Shown here one piece after another: positions 38,630 to 48,797 of a DNA stretch of 64,000 bases (positions are counted from its first letter, which is position 1; each line of letters starts with the position of its first letter). The notes beneath the pieces are model-generated. The model was not told the DNA's origin. It did no database searches and was given only the letters and a program-made list of their open reading frames with translations. The position numbers were made by a program, and so were the translations under genes. Source of the DNA: Fibrobacteria bacterium (GTDB lineage Bacteria; Fibrobacterota; Fibrobacteria; UBA11236); the NCBI GenBank assembly GCA_041746255.1, contig JBGTHM010000100.1, positions 120,912-184,911 on the forward strand, in the 5' to 3' direction.

Positions 38630-40720
38630 TTATTTAGTCAGGGACTGTACCCAATCCAGCTCACCTGCTTGCAGGCGAAGAATATGTGCATTCGCCGCTG
38701 TATTACCCGGCAGGGGCAGGTTCACTTTTTCGGCAGCCTCGGTTCGAATGGGTTGCGCCAGAAGCAGCGTTCCATTGGCCCGATAAATACTCATCAGGTA
38801 ATTTCCCGCAAAGGGAAGGGTCAATTGCAGGGATTGATTCCCCAGTTCCACTTTTGCCCGGCCTACTCCGCTTATCCTGCCGGCCAAATGGGTGGAAGCT
38901 TCCGAGACCACGCTTATCACCCAGTCTTTCGCCGCATCCGAAGGCGCATTGCCCAGGGCGACCTTGCCGCCGCCACTCACCGTGGTTACAGACCCGTTCT
39001 TAAGCGCTCCTCCATTGCGGGGATCGTACCAGCGAACCAAAAAGGGACCGCTGGTTCCCGCAAGGTCCAAGGTGGTCGTTCCACCGCTTTTCAAATACAC
39101 AACATAGGACTCGCCTTGTTTGTAAAAGGTGTAACTATTCGCCGCCGAGCTTTTGCCGTTATCGTTCACCATCTGGTGAAAAGGAATTTTGTTATTGATG
39201 AAGAATTCCAAGGCGTAACGGCAATAGTCCCACCATTTATCCCGGCTGCGGAAGTCCTGGAGCGTTAAGTCGGAATGCGCGTGCTTATAGCCGAAATACC
39301 ACTCATTTCCGGCTCCGCCATGCATGAAAGTTCCCCAAATTCCGTTTTTGCGGCCGTCTTCATGGGAATTGCCCGCATCGTTATCAGGACGGAGCGCCGC
39401 ACTCGGATCCCCGGGCTCATCCACCGCAACCACCCACTTCTTACCGGCTTTCGCGGAGGCGCGAACCCATTTATCCGCCGCCCCGGGTACATCGGAAAAA
39501 TTCGACCCCTTTAGCTGCAGGGAAGGACCCGTAATTTTAGACGCGTTGCCCAAGTGGGCATTGTAAACCTTTTCATGTTGGGTCGGGAAGGTGTGAATTA
39601 CGATATGGTGATTATAAGGATCGGTGTCAAAGAAATATTGGGCCATGTCCTTTTGTTGTTGAATGGTCTGGGTATTCTCTTCGCCGAGGTTCCAGTTCAG
39701 AGCGAGATGGTGGGAGTAGCGGGCGATTAACTCACGATAATACATTTTTCGTTCATTGCCCACATTACCACCATCGAGGGCGGCCCAAGGTGATTTTCCG
39801 TCTTGGTCGTCGTTTTCCTCTTCCTGGGTTTTAAAATGCAGGTACATACCCATTTTGTCGCCATGCTCAAAAACGGCTTCCCATTGGTCCAATTTGGAAC
39901 AGTCGAACCGGAACCGATCGGCTTCTTTGCCGCCCTTTGTATACATAAAGACATTCTCATCATCCCCGCCGATATTATAGGTCAGAAAGGAAAAAACGTT
40001 CAGGCCCTCGGAAGCCAAATAGTTTACGGCGCCGATAAGCCCTTTGCCCTTGTCACCCTTCCAAGTCGGGTCGCCGGCTTTCCAGTCCTTGATATGCGGC
40101 GTATATGTTTTTCTCCGGTTGCCGGCATTGGGGGTTCCGTCGAAATCCTCGTAGGCCAGCAGGTTCTCGGGAGCATCAGCGCCCTGTTTTAGAAAAAACT
40201 CTTTGGTTTCCGCGAATTGCAAATAGTGCTCACCGACATATTTCAAACGTCCTTTGCCACGATGATCGCGGCCCGATTTATCGGACGCCGAAACGGCGAA
40301 CGTTCCCGTTTTTCCGTCCATGAAACCGGCCGGAGTTCCGGCCGTAAGGCTTGCATTGACGGCCACCTTGCTGCCGGTTCGGAACGACACCGAATAATTC
40401 CAAGTTCCCACGGCATCGGGGGCGAAATGCACGCGCCATTTATTCCCATCGGTAGCCGAGGTATTTCCAGCATCTCCGTCCGCAGCGTAATAACCCGGTA
40501 CGACGTATTTCGAAGACCCGTTGGTAAAGGTGACGTCCAAACGGTAATCCGAAAAAGGGCTGGGGTTCGCCGTCTCAGATGTCTGAGGCCCATCAAAAGT
40601 GAGCGTGACCTTATGCCATTTTTTCAGCTCTCCGGAAATAGCCACATCCTGGCCATAACCTAAACCGACTAAGGCGGTCGCAATGAAGATGCACAGTAGC
40701 ATCGGTGAATTTTTAAACAT
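38630..40720 (-). CDS. Secreted DUF5060 / apiosidase-like (DUF4038) / putative collagen-binding domain protein, probable glycoside hydrolase
   Basis: GELKKWHKVTLTFDGP, VPGYYAADG, WNLGEEN, VRWYDPRNGG, sorting-like tail. GGAGG RBS. Confidence 0.85.
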   Translation of the reverse strand: MFKNSPMLLCIFIATALVGLGYGQDVAISGELKKWHKVTLTFDGPQTSETANPSPFSDYRLDVTFTNGSSKYVVPGYYAADGDAGNTSATDGNKWRVHFAPDAVGTWNYSVSFRTGSKVAVNASLTAGTPAGFMDGKTGTFAVSASDKSGRDHRGKGRLKYVGEHYLQFAETKEFFLKQGADAPENLLAYEDFDGTPNAGNRRKTYTPHIKDWKAGDPTWKGDKGKGLIGAVNYLASEGLNVFSFLTYNIGGDDENVFMYTKGGKEADRFRFDCSKLDQWEAVFEHGDKMGMYLHFKTQEEENDDQDGKSPWAALDGGNVGNERKMYYRELIARYSHHLALNWNLGEENTQTIQQQKDMAQYFFDTDPYNHHIVIHTFPTQHEKVYNAHLGNASKITGPSLQLKGSNFSDVPGAADKWVRASAKAGKKWVVAVDEPGDPSAALRPDNDAGNSHEDGRKNGIWGTFMHGGAGNEWYFGYKHAHSDLTLQDFRSRDKWWDYCRYALEFFINNKIPFHQMVNDNGKSSAANSYTFYKQGESYVVYLKSGGTTTLDLAGTSGPFLVRWYDPRNGGALKNGSVTTVSGGGKVALGNAPSDAAKDWVISVVSEASTHLAGRISGVGRAKVELGNQSLQLTLPFAGNYLMSIYRANGTLLLAQPIRTEAAEKVNLPLPGNTAANAHILRLQAGELDWVQSLTK

Positions 40721-40809
40721 GATTCCTCCAATAAGGCCGTTTATACGGCGTTTCTGTGTTTTGAGAGATTCGGGAACCCGTGTTACGTAGCTCCATCTTC
40801 TTGGTCAAG

Positions 40810-41793
40810 TCATTCATTTCGGGGGATATTAACGGCTATCCCAAAAACCGGTTGTGAAATTCTCTGGCCACAGAGATTGAAGCGGGTTATGAAATCCGGG
40901 TAATGCGAAGGCGAAGTTCCGGTAATCAAGCCCAGGTTGACGGAACGAACCGGCCGGGAACTTATGTTAGCGCCCGTTTGATCCAGCGAAGTCGTTTGGG
41001 GATCCCTGGGAGTCGCGGATTGCAGTGTCGTACCCACCAACAGGTCATGCAAGTCCACAGTGATTTCGGTGCTGGAGACGCTGCCGCCATAAACGCCCCA
41101 TTTGGGCGCCACCTCGGTGCCATCCATGGTTTTGTGGTAAACCCGGGTGTTACCGTTGGAAAAAGTCTGTTGCTCTCCATCAAAATAAAATTCCAAGTAA
41201 CCGACTTTCGGGTCCCGGGAAATTTTTAAAACCAAGATAAGGGTGAACCATTTATTCCTGGGTACAGGTTTTTTCCAAATCATGTTGATGCCCTTACGGG
41301 TTTTTTGCCAGTCGGCATCATAAGTCCAGAAGGCCAAATCCCTGCCGTCGTATTTGATGTGCATGGGATAATTTTGCGTCGATTCAAGGGTGGGGTAAGA
41401 TTTCCATTGAAACGTAGGCCAATCACCGATTTTGGTATCGGGCATGCTTACTTTCCAGCGCCAGCCGATATAATACACCTCGTTTTCTTTCATGGTTCCG
41501 CCCTTACCCTCATGGTAAGAGAAACCCGTAGCGCCTCTGATTTCCGCGCGTTTGTCTCCCTTGGGTTTGAATACCCGCCAAATTTTTCCGTAGTAGGGAT
41601 CTACGGCGGGTTTGATGGATCCGGAACCACTGCCGTTATTTCCAGACTGAAAATTGAGGTTATTGAAAATTTCGCGTCCCAGATCGGGATCGCCATACCA
41701 AATTACTTCCGCCCTGGGAGCAACCAAAACCAGGGCGAGAAAGGTCCAGATTTTTAAAAACACTGTACCAGCCTTATATTCATGCTCCACCAC
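40810..41793 (-). CDS. Secreted jelly-roll polysaccharide lyase-like protein (heparin lyase I / Polysacc_lyase type)
   Basis: KRAEIRG, YYIGWRWK, FQWK, GYLEFYFDG, PKWGVYG. Start uncertain. Confidence 0.7.
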   Translation of the reverse strand: MVEHEYKAGTVFLKIWTFLALVLVAPRAEVIWYGDPDLGREIFNNLNFQSGNNGSGSGSIKPAVDPYYGKIWRVFKPKGDKRAEIRGATGFSYHEGKGGTMKENEVYYIGWRWKVSMPDTKIGDWPTFQWKSYPTLESTQNYPMHIKYDGRDLAFWTYDADWQKTRKGINMIWKKPVPRNKWFTLILVLKISRDPKVGYLEFYFDGEQQTFSNGNTRVYHKTMDGTEVAPKWGVYGGSVSSTEITVDLHDLLVGTTLQSATPRDPQTTSLDQTGANISSRPVRSVNLGLITGTSPSHYPDFITRFNLCGQRISQPVFGIAVNIPRNE

Positions 41794-41960
41794 GCTCCGA
41801 TTTTGAACAAAATATGACCTGTGACCGGGGATTATGCTGACAAAAAGGAGGACTAACTGTTCTCAAAAGGGAACGACCGCGGTTTTGCGGCCATCAGGGT
41901 AAGAAGGGTTGCCGAGGCCGTCCCTCGTTTGATTAAAAAGGGAAGGATTATAAAAAGGTT

Positions 41961-42461
41961 CTAGCGGATGGAGCCTTTTCGTTTGGTGAAAACGGCAACA
42001 ATTGCGGAGGTTAATATCCCCATGATGGCAGCGCCAATAAGGCTTTGCATCAGGTAATTTTTCAGACTGAAATAATTTTCCGCGGCATCCTGGGTCATTT
42101 CCCCTTTTGCAACCGCATATTCAATCGCTTTGGGAAAATACTCGGGGGTAATTAGGGTCGAAGTAATATACTGTGTTAACGGACTCAAGAGGGTTACGAT
42201 TGCAGTAATTTTCAGTCCTGTAATAAATCCCTGCTTATAGGTCATGACGCCGTCGTAATAGTTTTTCCGCTTGTCTAAAAGCCCGAAAACATAGACAGCA
42301 ATCGCGGAGATGGCGAAGAAACTGGAGTAAATTGCGTGCCATTCTATATGATCGCCATGGAGTCCCACCAACTTTTCCAGCCACATCCAGAAAAGTCCCA
42401 TGGCTGCGAAGGCGATTCCCCATTTTATTTCAATTTTCAAGTGTTCCAAATTTGACCTCAT
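41961..42461 (-). CDS. DUF4199 family membrane protein
   Basis: IEIKWG, LEKLVGLH, MTYKQGF..GL, ITPEYF, YFSLKNY. Four TM helices. Confidence 0.8.
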   Translation of the reverse strand: MRSNLEHLKIEIKWGIAFAAMGLFWMWLEKLVGLHGDHIEWHAIYSSFFAISAIAVYVFGLLDKRKNYYDGVMTYKQGFITGLKITAIVTLLSPLTQYITSTLITPEYFPKAIEYAVAKGEMTQDAAENYFSLKNYLMQSLIGAAIMGILTSAIVAVFTKRKGSIR

Positions 42462-42532
42462 ATTCCTTAACGAGCTTTTCCCATAGCCGGTTTATAATCA
42501 CCTTAAAATTTAGGTCCGGAAGCTAGGGCACG

Positions 42533-42745
42533 TCAAAAATGGATGAATTCCATTCCCATACCTACCATCAGACCTCCGGTAGCAAATTCCGGCGCTGTGT
42601 CTGACCATTGGGCTGCTCGGGGAGATTCGCCATCCGGTGTCACCACCCAAGCAGTGTTTCCTCCCAGGAACCGATAGCCCACTTCCAGTAACAGATCCAT
42701 TTTCCGCCCCACCAAATATTGAAAACGAAGGGAAGGAATTAATGA
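42533..42745 (-). pseudogene. Remnant 3' end of an outer-membrane beta-barrel gene
   Basis: Open frame SLIPSLRFQYLVGRKMDLLLEVGYRF...GLMVGMGMEFIHF* has amphipathic strands and a terminal Phe. It is closed upstream by TAA at 42746-42748 and has no signal peptide. Confidence 0.45.
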
Positions 42746-43015
42746 TTACGTGGGCATTACACCCCGGGGAATCAGGAGTGCCTGGGAAAAACCATCTATT
42801 ACGGTCTAAATGGGCCTTTTTGAGCTTTTCTGCCGTTTCTTCTTCAAAAATCGGGCGTTTCAACGGATTTTTCATATTGAAGTGGTGTATGCACATGAGA
42901 ACAAAATTATATGAGTTAGGGCGAAAAACACAAAATTTTTGCTTTACATTTTTGTATTAACGCCTAAGTTATATTCGCAGAAGTGGATTTTCGGCAAAAT
43001 TTCAGCCAAAAAGGA

Positions 43016-43858
43016 ATGGACATTTTGAAAACGATAAAACTTTTAGGATTCTCGACATTAATGATTATCGGCGCAGTGACTGCCTTCGGTCAAAGCCAGG
43101 TTGGAGATAAAAAGGTTTTCCAGGCCTTGGGGGACTTTAAAATCATGCCTGCGGGTAATGGGTTTGTGACCTATTACGAACATGCAGCAGAAAAGGCCGT
43201 AGCTATCAACGCAGCGCAGGAACCGAATCGTAACAAATGGGCAGCGGCCGAACTCAAATTTCCCGGAGCCGACGGAACTTATAAACTCAACCTCAAGGGA
43301 CTTCGGGAGTGGGATGGAGATACGGAGTACAAGATAAAGGTTAACGGCACACAAGTCGGGACCGATTTCAAGAATGATCATCTGCCCGAAAATATGAAAG
43401 ATTATACCCCGCAATTCCATACTGTCGAAAACGTAGTGCTTAAAAAAGATGATGTTATCCGTGTTGAGTCAAAATGCGTTTCCAACGGCTTAATTCCCGA
43501 AAAGGGCGCTTTCGCCTGGGCCCGCGGACGCTGGACTCAGCTCGAAGTAGAATTCACCGGGGCCACAACGGGGATAGCGGGAACAGGGATACCGGTAATC
43601 TCGAGCCGGATTGCGGTCCACTCCGAAGGGGCCTCGTTTCGCTTTGATTTCGTGGGAATGGACGTGAAATCCGATGCGAACGCGCGATTCACCATTTATT
43701 CGGTCTCAGGAAAGGCTATCAAGGTTTTCCAATTGAAGGAAACCACGCTCCTGTGGGATGGTAGGCTGGATTCGGGAATCAAATTGGAGAGCGGTAAATA
43801 CACCGGGGTTTGGGAATCCGGCTCGCACAGAATCAGCGATTCGTTCATGGTATTCTAA
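43016..43858 (+). CDS. Secreted beta-sandwich protein with FlgD/T9SS-like C-terminal domain
   Basis: Signal peptide, a single ~150-aa beta-rich domain, then IYSVSGK...LWDGR.DSG..LESGKY. Confidence 0.75.
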   Translation: MDILKTIKLLGFSTLMIIGAVTAFGQSQVGDKKVFQALGDFKIMPAGNGFVTYYEHAAEKAVAINAAQEPNRNKWAAAELKFPGADGTYKLNLKGLREWDGDTEYKIKVNGTQVGTDFKNDHLPENMKDYTPQFHTVENVVLKKDDVIRVESKCVSNGLIPEKGAFAWARGRWTQLEVEFTGATTGIAGTGIPVISSRIAVHSEGASFRFDFVGMDVKSDANARFTIYSVSGKAIKVFQLKETTLLWDGRLDSGIKLESGKYTGVWESGSHRISDSFMVF

Positions 43859-43921
43859 AAACCAATACGAATTCGGTCGGCGTTTATACAAAAAAAGCGC
43901 CGTCCTTTTGAGCCAGTCAAA

Positions 43922-43966
43922 GAAAAGGAGCTTTGTGGAAATTATCCGCAAAGCTCCTTTTCGTTT
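43922..43966 (+). terminator. Rho-independent terminator (possibly bidirectional)
   Basis: GAAAAGGAGCTTTGTGGA-AATTA-TCCGCAAAGCTCCTTTTC, an 18-bp stem with one G-U pair and a U-rich end. Confidence 0.85.
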
Positions 43967-44160
43967 GTGGCGGTTCTATTACCAATGGGTCGAATTCGAA
44001 CAGGTAAAACCAAATCCTCATTGTGGTACGGAAATTGGAATCAAAAATGGGAGATGACGGTCGAAATAGCTTTCAATAGCGTCCCGCGAAATATGTCCCC
44101 ACGAGAGAACGGTTTTTGGGGTAAACCTACCGATAATCCGGGAATTATTGGTAAGCCAGC

Positions 44161-44188
44161 TTGACATGACTGGATTGCAGCCTAGATT
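44161..44188 (+). promoter_or_regulatory. Candidate sigma70 promoter for the DUF1593 gene
   Basis: TTGACA (44161-44166), 16-bp spacer, TAGATT (44183-44188). Confidence 0.35.
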
Positions 44189-44342
44189 ACCCTAACCTTC
44201 AACTCCTGAGTGGATAGCTGGGGCTTTTCCTGTGCAGTAATCCCAATTAATCAATAACGTCCAAGGCAGGTTACTTCCGTTTGCATAATCCCCTAAAAAT
44301 TAATTGTATCTCCCGCTTACTCGGCCGATTCATGGATGAGCT

Positions 44343-46085
44343 ATGAAACGTTATGCCGGTATCTTTACCTTAGTGGCTGCATTCGTATTTTTCAGCCTGT
44401 CGCATGCCGAGTATTCTAAAACCCGGGTAATCATCATGGCCGATATGGGGAACGAACCCGACGAAGAACAGCAAATCATGCACATGCTCATGTATGCCAA
44501 TATGTTCGACTTGGAAGGACTTATCGCCTGCTCGGGAAAATACCTCAATTCCGACAGGACGGGTAACAAAGGTCGACTTCATCCGCACTTATTGCATAAC
44601 CTGGTGGATGGATACGCTAAGGTCATCGGCAACCTGAAATTGCACGCCTCGGGTTGGCCCACGCCTGAGTATCTGAAAAGCATTATTAAATCCGGGACCC
44701 TGGATTACGGGATGGCGGCGGTGCAGCCCGGCAAATCCAACGAAGCTTCCAAGCTTATGGAAGCCGCCATAGTGAAGAAGGATCCCCGCAAGTTGTATAT
44801 CGTAGGAAATGCCGGTACCAATACCCTGGCGCAGGCCTTGGTGGATTTGGATCAAACGCGCACCCAAGCCGAAATGGATGCCTTGAGCAGGAAAATCATC
44901 GTGTTCGAAAACGGAGCCCAGGACAACGCCGGCGCCTGGATAGCCAACAAATACCCCGACATCGCATGGCATAGGAGTAATCACCAAACTTACGCCTATG
45001 GAGGTTCGAATGGTCTGGGTGTGGCCGGCCCTTATACCTGGGAGCCTTACTCCCGCGACACCTTCGGGCAGCATGAATGGGCGGCCGAGCATATCATGAA
45101 GGGCCATGGCCCTTTGGGTGCCCTATTTCCCTATAGGGGGGGATCCAAGGGCAACCATTTCATCGAGGGCGGCGGAACCGTCCCCTGGATTGGCCTTGCC
45201 AATCACGGCCTGGCCCATCCCGAGCATTTGTACTGGGGAGGCTGGAGCGGGCGCTTCTCGAGAACCAAACATCCCAACGTGTATTCACGACACAACGAAA
45301 TAAAATCCGATGAGTCGAAATACGGGGGCTTCAAAATGTTCGAAGCTGATTCCGAAAGGGAGAAATGGACGGACCCGGTGCATGGCGAGACCTTCGATAA
45401 CTCCGACGTACCGGTGTGGCGCTTTAGGCGGGCCATGTTCAACGATTTCCGGGGCAGGATGGATTGGTGCGTCAAACCCTTCGCCCAGGCCAATCATAAT
45501 CCCGTGGCTGCTTTCAATGGAGACAAATCGGATACCATCATCCGCTTGAAGGCTCTACCCGGGCAACAACTTTTCCTGGATGCCTCCGCCTCCACCGACC
45601 CCGACAACGACGAGCTGGAATTTTCATGGTGGATTTATCGGGAAGCGGGAACCTATGGCAAAAATATTCCTCTCCCTAATTCCAAATCGGTGTCGACAAC
45701 CCTGACCATTCCCGACGACGCCCTCAATTCGGAAACTCACTTGATTTTGGAAGTCCAGGACAAAAGCAAAATTGTCCCCTTAACGGATTACCGCCGGATT
45801 GTAATAGAAGTCGTGAAGGAGTTACCCACAGCGAGCGTTTCCGAACCAGGTGAATTCATTGCTTCCGGATCCCCCGTCCGCTTCTTCATGCATGAGGGTT
45901 TGCCCTTGATTCAAAATCAGGGGAACTTCACAATGGAAATGCAGATAAAAGATTTGCGTGGCGCAACCCGAGCCGAATTAGACCTGGCCCCCAATAGAAG
46001 TCACTATCTGTCTTTGGAGCGAGGCGTGTATTTTCTCTCTGCCGTGAATGCACCCGGCCAAGCCAAACGAATCACCATCCACTAA
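44343..46085 (+). CDS. Secreted DUF1593 (Sde0182 nucleoside-hydrolase-like) protein with C-terminal Ig domain and sorting-like tail
   Basis: RVIIMADMGNEPDEEQ..LMYANMFDLEGLIA, GGWSGRF, NDFRGRMDW, ANHNP, LDASASTDPD. Confidence 0.88.
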   Translation: MKRYAGIFTLVAAFVFFSLSHAEYSKTRVIIMADMGNEPDEEQQIMHMLMYANMFDLEGLIACSGKYLNSDRTGNKGRLHPHLLHNLVDGYAKVIGNLKLHASGWPTPEYLKSIIKSGTLDYGMAAVQPGKSNEASKLMEAAIVKKDPRKLYIVGNAGTNTLAQALVDLDQTRTQAEMDALSRKIIVFENGAQDNAGAWIANKYPDIAWHRSNHQTYAYGGSNGLGVAGPYTWEPYSRDTFGQHEWAAEHIMKGHGPLGALFPYRGGSKGNHFIEGGGTVPWIGLANHGLAHPEHLYWGGWSGRFSRTKHPNVYSRHNEIKSDESKYGGFKMFEADSEREKWTDPVHGETFDNSDVPVWRFRRAMFNDFRGRMDWCVKPFAQANHNPVAAFNGDKSDTIIRLKALPGQQLFLDASASTDPDNDELEFSWWIYREAGTYGKNIPLPNSKSVSTTLTIPDDALNSETHLILEVQDKSKIVPLTDYRRIVIEVVKELPTASVSEPGEFIASGSPVRFFMHEGLPLIQNQGNFTMEMQIKDLRGATRAELDLAPNRSHYLSLERGVYFLSAVNAPGQAKRITIH

Positions 46086-46403
46086 TTTTTTGCATCCACC
46101 TTATCGGGGCTCGATTCCATATCCACTCGCAAAATGGAATCGGCTGTATTGCACCGAAGACGGTCCCGACCGCCCTATACCCAGATTGTATTGTCCTTTT
46201 TCCAGCATGCCAGGCACCAAAATGCGTGAGGTTGTGAAATTTTGTTATCCCTACCGGGTTAGTTTTATTGGGTTTTATGAGAAAATTGCGAGGAAAATTG
46301 TAAGAAAAATTCTGGGATTGTACCCCTTATCGACCAAACATGCCGTAGCGTATATAGCAGAAGGTATCTCTTCGGGGGGCGCATAGTGTATCGAAATATT
46401 TTC

Positions 46404-47495
46404 ATGAAAAATCAAATTTTTACTTTCGGAATCGGGATGTTTTTGGCCACTTCCGTTTTTTCCCAAGAGCTATACCAGGTAATCGGAACGGATCATTCTT
46501 GGAAATATATCATCGACAATAAATTGATTCCGCAAAACATCAATTCGACTCAAGGATTAACCGGTTCGAAAGTAGTAGTGAACCAACAAATAATGTCGAA
46601 ATTAACCTATGCGAAATATTCAATCACCAATAAAATCAGAATACACACCCCGGGTAACAGCCAAATTTCTCGCCCGGATTTCGACAAATGGTCGCGATGG
46701 TATCAAGAGGACGGCAATACCCAAGTTTTTCGCCTATTCCAAGGTGAATATAATGTCCGTAATACACGCAGCGCCTCCGCAAGGACGGAAGCCTTCAGTG
46801 ATTTCAGTTGGAAAAAAGGAGCTTGGCAGGAATGGGTCGGCTCTTATACTATCGTGAATCCCAAGGGATGCGTGGGTCCTCATTTCTGTAGCCTACTACA
46901 GGTGAAAGCACCTGATGTGGATTGGGGCGTGATGATACGTCTGGACCAGAACGGCGACGTTATTATCGATCACCGGAGATCCGGACAGAGTAAAACCGTA
47001 TTAAAGGACATGACAGGAAAAAGCTTTGATCTCAGGGTCAGAGATAACGGAAACAATTACGAGGTCTATTTTAACGGGAACCTTGAAGGCACGGGCAATT
47101 ATGATCGGGGAAGTCGAGAATCCTCCTTCCGATGGGGGCTTTATATGGGTGCCAGCATCCCTAAGGAAGAAATTCTGGTGTTTGTTACCGGGGCTACGGT
47201 AAATCCAAGTAACTCGGCCGTACCCTACTCCTTAAGTTTGCACCCTTTTGGCGGCATTAACCCGAGTTCCGAGTATTCAATCGCCTCATCGCCGGATGGA
47301 GTCCATTTCAGCGCGAAGAAATATCCCGTAGATATCTCATTGAGAAACATCCATGGCCGCGAAATTTGGAAAAAAAGAAATGTGACTTCCACAGAAAGAA
47401 TTTTCGCCGGAAGGCTTCCACCGGGCTTGATTTATGGCATAATCACCAGCCAAGGTCGGAATTCCGAAGTCATCCCCATTTCCTGGACGAAATGA
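46404..47495 (+). CDS. Secreted PL7-like (jelly-roll) polysaccharide lyase homolog
   Basis: Signal peptide, ARTEAF, LLQVK, YEVYFNG, FRWGLY, sorting-like tail. Confidence 0.6.
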   Translation: MKNQIFTFGIGMFLATSVFSQELYQVIGTDHSWKYIIDNKLIPQNINSTQGLTGSKVVVNQQIMSKLTYAKYSITNKIRIHTPGNSQISRPDFDKWSRWYQEDGNTQVFRLFQGEYNVRNTRSASARTEAFSDFSWKKGAWQEWVGSYTIVNPKGCVGPHFCSLLQVKAPDVDWGVMIRLDQNGDVIIDHRRSGQSKTVLKDMTGKSFDLRVRDNGNNYEVYFNGNLEGTGNYDRGSRESSFRWGLYMGASIPKEEILVFVTGATVNPSNSAVPYSLSLHPFGGINPSSEYSIASSPDGVHFSAKKYPVDISLRNIHGREIWKKRNVTSTERIFAGRLPPGLIYGIITSQGRNSEVIPISWTK

Positions 47496-47583
47496 CACGA
47501 GGGTAACCCGCAATACGAAAAAGTCTGGGGTATCAACAAGCCTTCCGGCTCTATCGGATGGAGTGTTAAAGTGAAAAATGTAT

Positions 47584-48792
47584 TTATTCCTGCCTTTTCC
47601 AATTCAGACTGACTACAAAACTTCTTTCATTTTTGTTACCCGAAAGATAATCAAGATCGGAAAGCGACCCGGACAAAGATAAAGTCGATGCCAGAGGGCT
47701 GGAACCCAATGAGTATTCAACCTCAAAACCGAACTCATTCCCTTCCAAGTGGCCCAGCCGAATGTCACCCGTATACCAACCCTCGCGAGCCGTATAAGAC
47801 GTGCGGTAGAAATCCGCCGGTAGCTGGTAATAGTATTTGTGCCTGGGTGTGATCAACCAGCGCTTCCCGATTTCAACCGGTATGGCTGTTTCCGGAATCC
47901 AGGCCTTGATGCCCCAGGAATCGAAGTAGCCACCCTGACAATGAAAGGCGGCGATGCCGAAACCCAGATAAGCACCCATTTCAATTGCCCCCACCTGACG
48001 GTAGCGGGTATCAGGCAGGCGTTCCGGAAAAAGCGTGGTGATGATTCGAGCGCGGCGGTAGGGATTTTCCAAAGTGCCCGCCAGCATGGAAAAGGCGTAT
48101 GAAACGCCGGCTTGCACTCGCGGAGACAAAAGCTGCCCCACCTGAGCCCCAGCCGCAAGTCGGATAGCTGCCGCCGGCCAAAGGTCGGCCTCACCCGGTG
48201 GCGGATCAGTTGGAACACTGTAATCCAAGCCACCGCCGAGGAAACCGGATATCGCTGTGTTGCGTTGGAACAATTCCTTACCACCGCTAACAGCGGCCAT
48301 GCTGGAATGAAAATCGGATTCTCCGGAATAGCGCAAAGAACCCGCCAGCGAAGCCGGATTGCTTCCCTGCCAATTCCGACGTAAAGAAAGAGTCGCTTCG
48401 CCTCTGGCTTCGCCTGTACCATGATGCCCATGCGCGCGAATAGATGCGCCGGATACAGCATCAACGTCCGTCGAGGCTCCGCCCGGATCGTGGCCACCAT
48501 GATCACCGTGGTTGTGTCCCGCATGGGGATTGGAAGTATCGGGCACCCCAGGGATGCGGATCCATTCTCCGAGCGCTTTGATGCCTAATCGCCAATCCGG
48601 CGCCAGGGGAAATCCGAATTTTCCCTCGACGGTGGATACCAGCTGACCTGATCCGTCCCAGTATTGGGAGGTCAAGACTTCTTGCCCAGTGAGAGAGACG
48701 CCGGTTTGCCCAGTTACGCCGGGAGGAAAAATGGCGACGGCCAAAAAACCCGCCGCCAAGAATAATTGACTGCGATCCAAATCAACCGACAT
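47584..48792 (-). CDS. DUF3570 family outer-membrane protein with flavinylation motif and His-rich insert
   Basis: VDAVSGAS, ESDF, QRNT, G.LENPYR, ERLPDTR, DSWGI, YYYQ..ADFY, GDIRL; amphipathic strands. Confidence 0.82.
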   Translation of the reverse strand: MSVDLDRSQLFLAAGFLAVAIFPPGVTGQTGVSLTGQEVLTSQYWDGSGQLVSTVEGKFGFPLAPDWRLGIKALGEWIRIPGVPDTSNPHAGHNHGDHGGHDPGGASTDVDAVSGASIRAHGHHGTGEARGEATLSLRRNWQGSNPASLAGSLRYSGESDFHSSMAAVSGGKELFQRNTAISGFLGGGLDYSVPTDPPPGEADLWPAAAIRLAAGAQVGQLLSPRVQAGVSYAFSMLAGTLENPYRRARIITTLFPERLPDTRYRQVGAIEMGAYLGFGIAAFHCQGGYFDSWGIKAWIPETAIPVEIGKRWLITPRHKYYYQLPADFYRTSYTAREGWYTGDIRLGHLEGNEFGFEVEYSLGSSPLASTLSLSGSLSDLDYLSGNKNERSFVVSLNWKRQE

Positions 48793-48797
48793 ACATA

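Noticed and set aside
43967..44164. 65-aa ORF downstream of the terminator
   Set aside because: No RBS or family motif. It may be a gene remnant, but I cannot support that.
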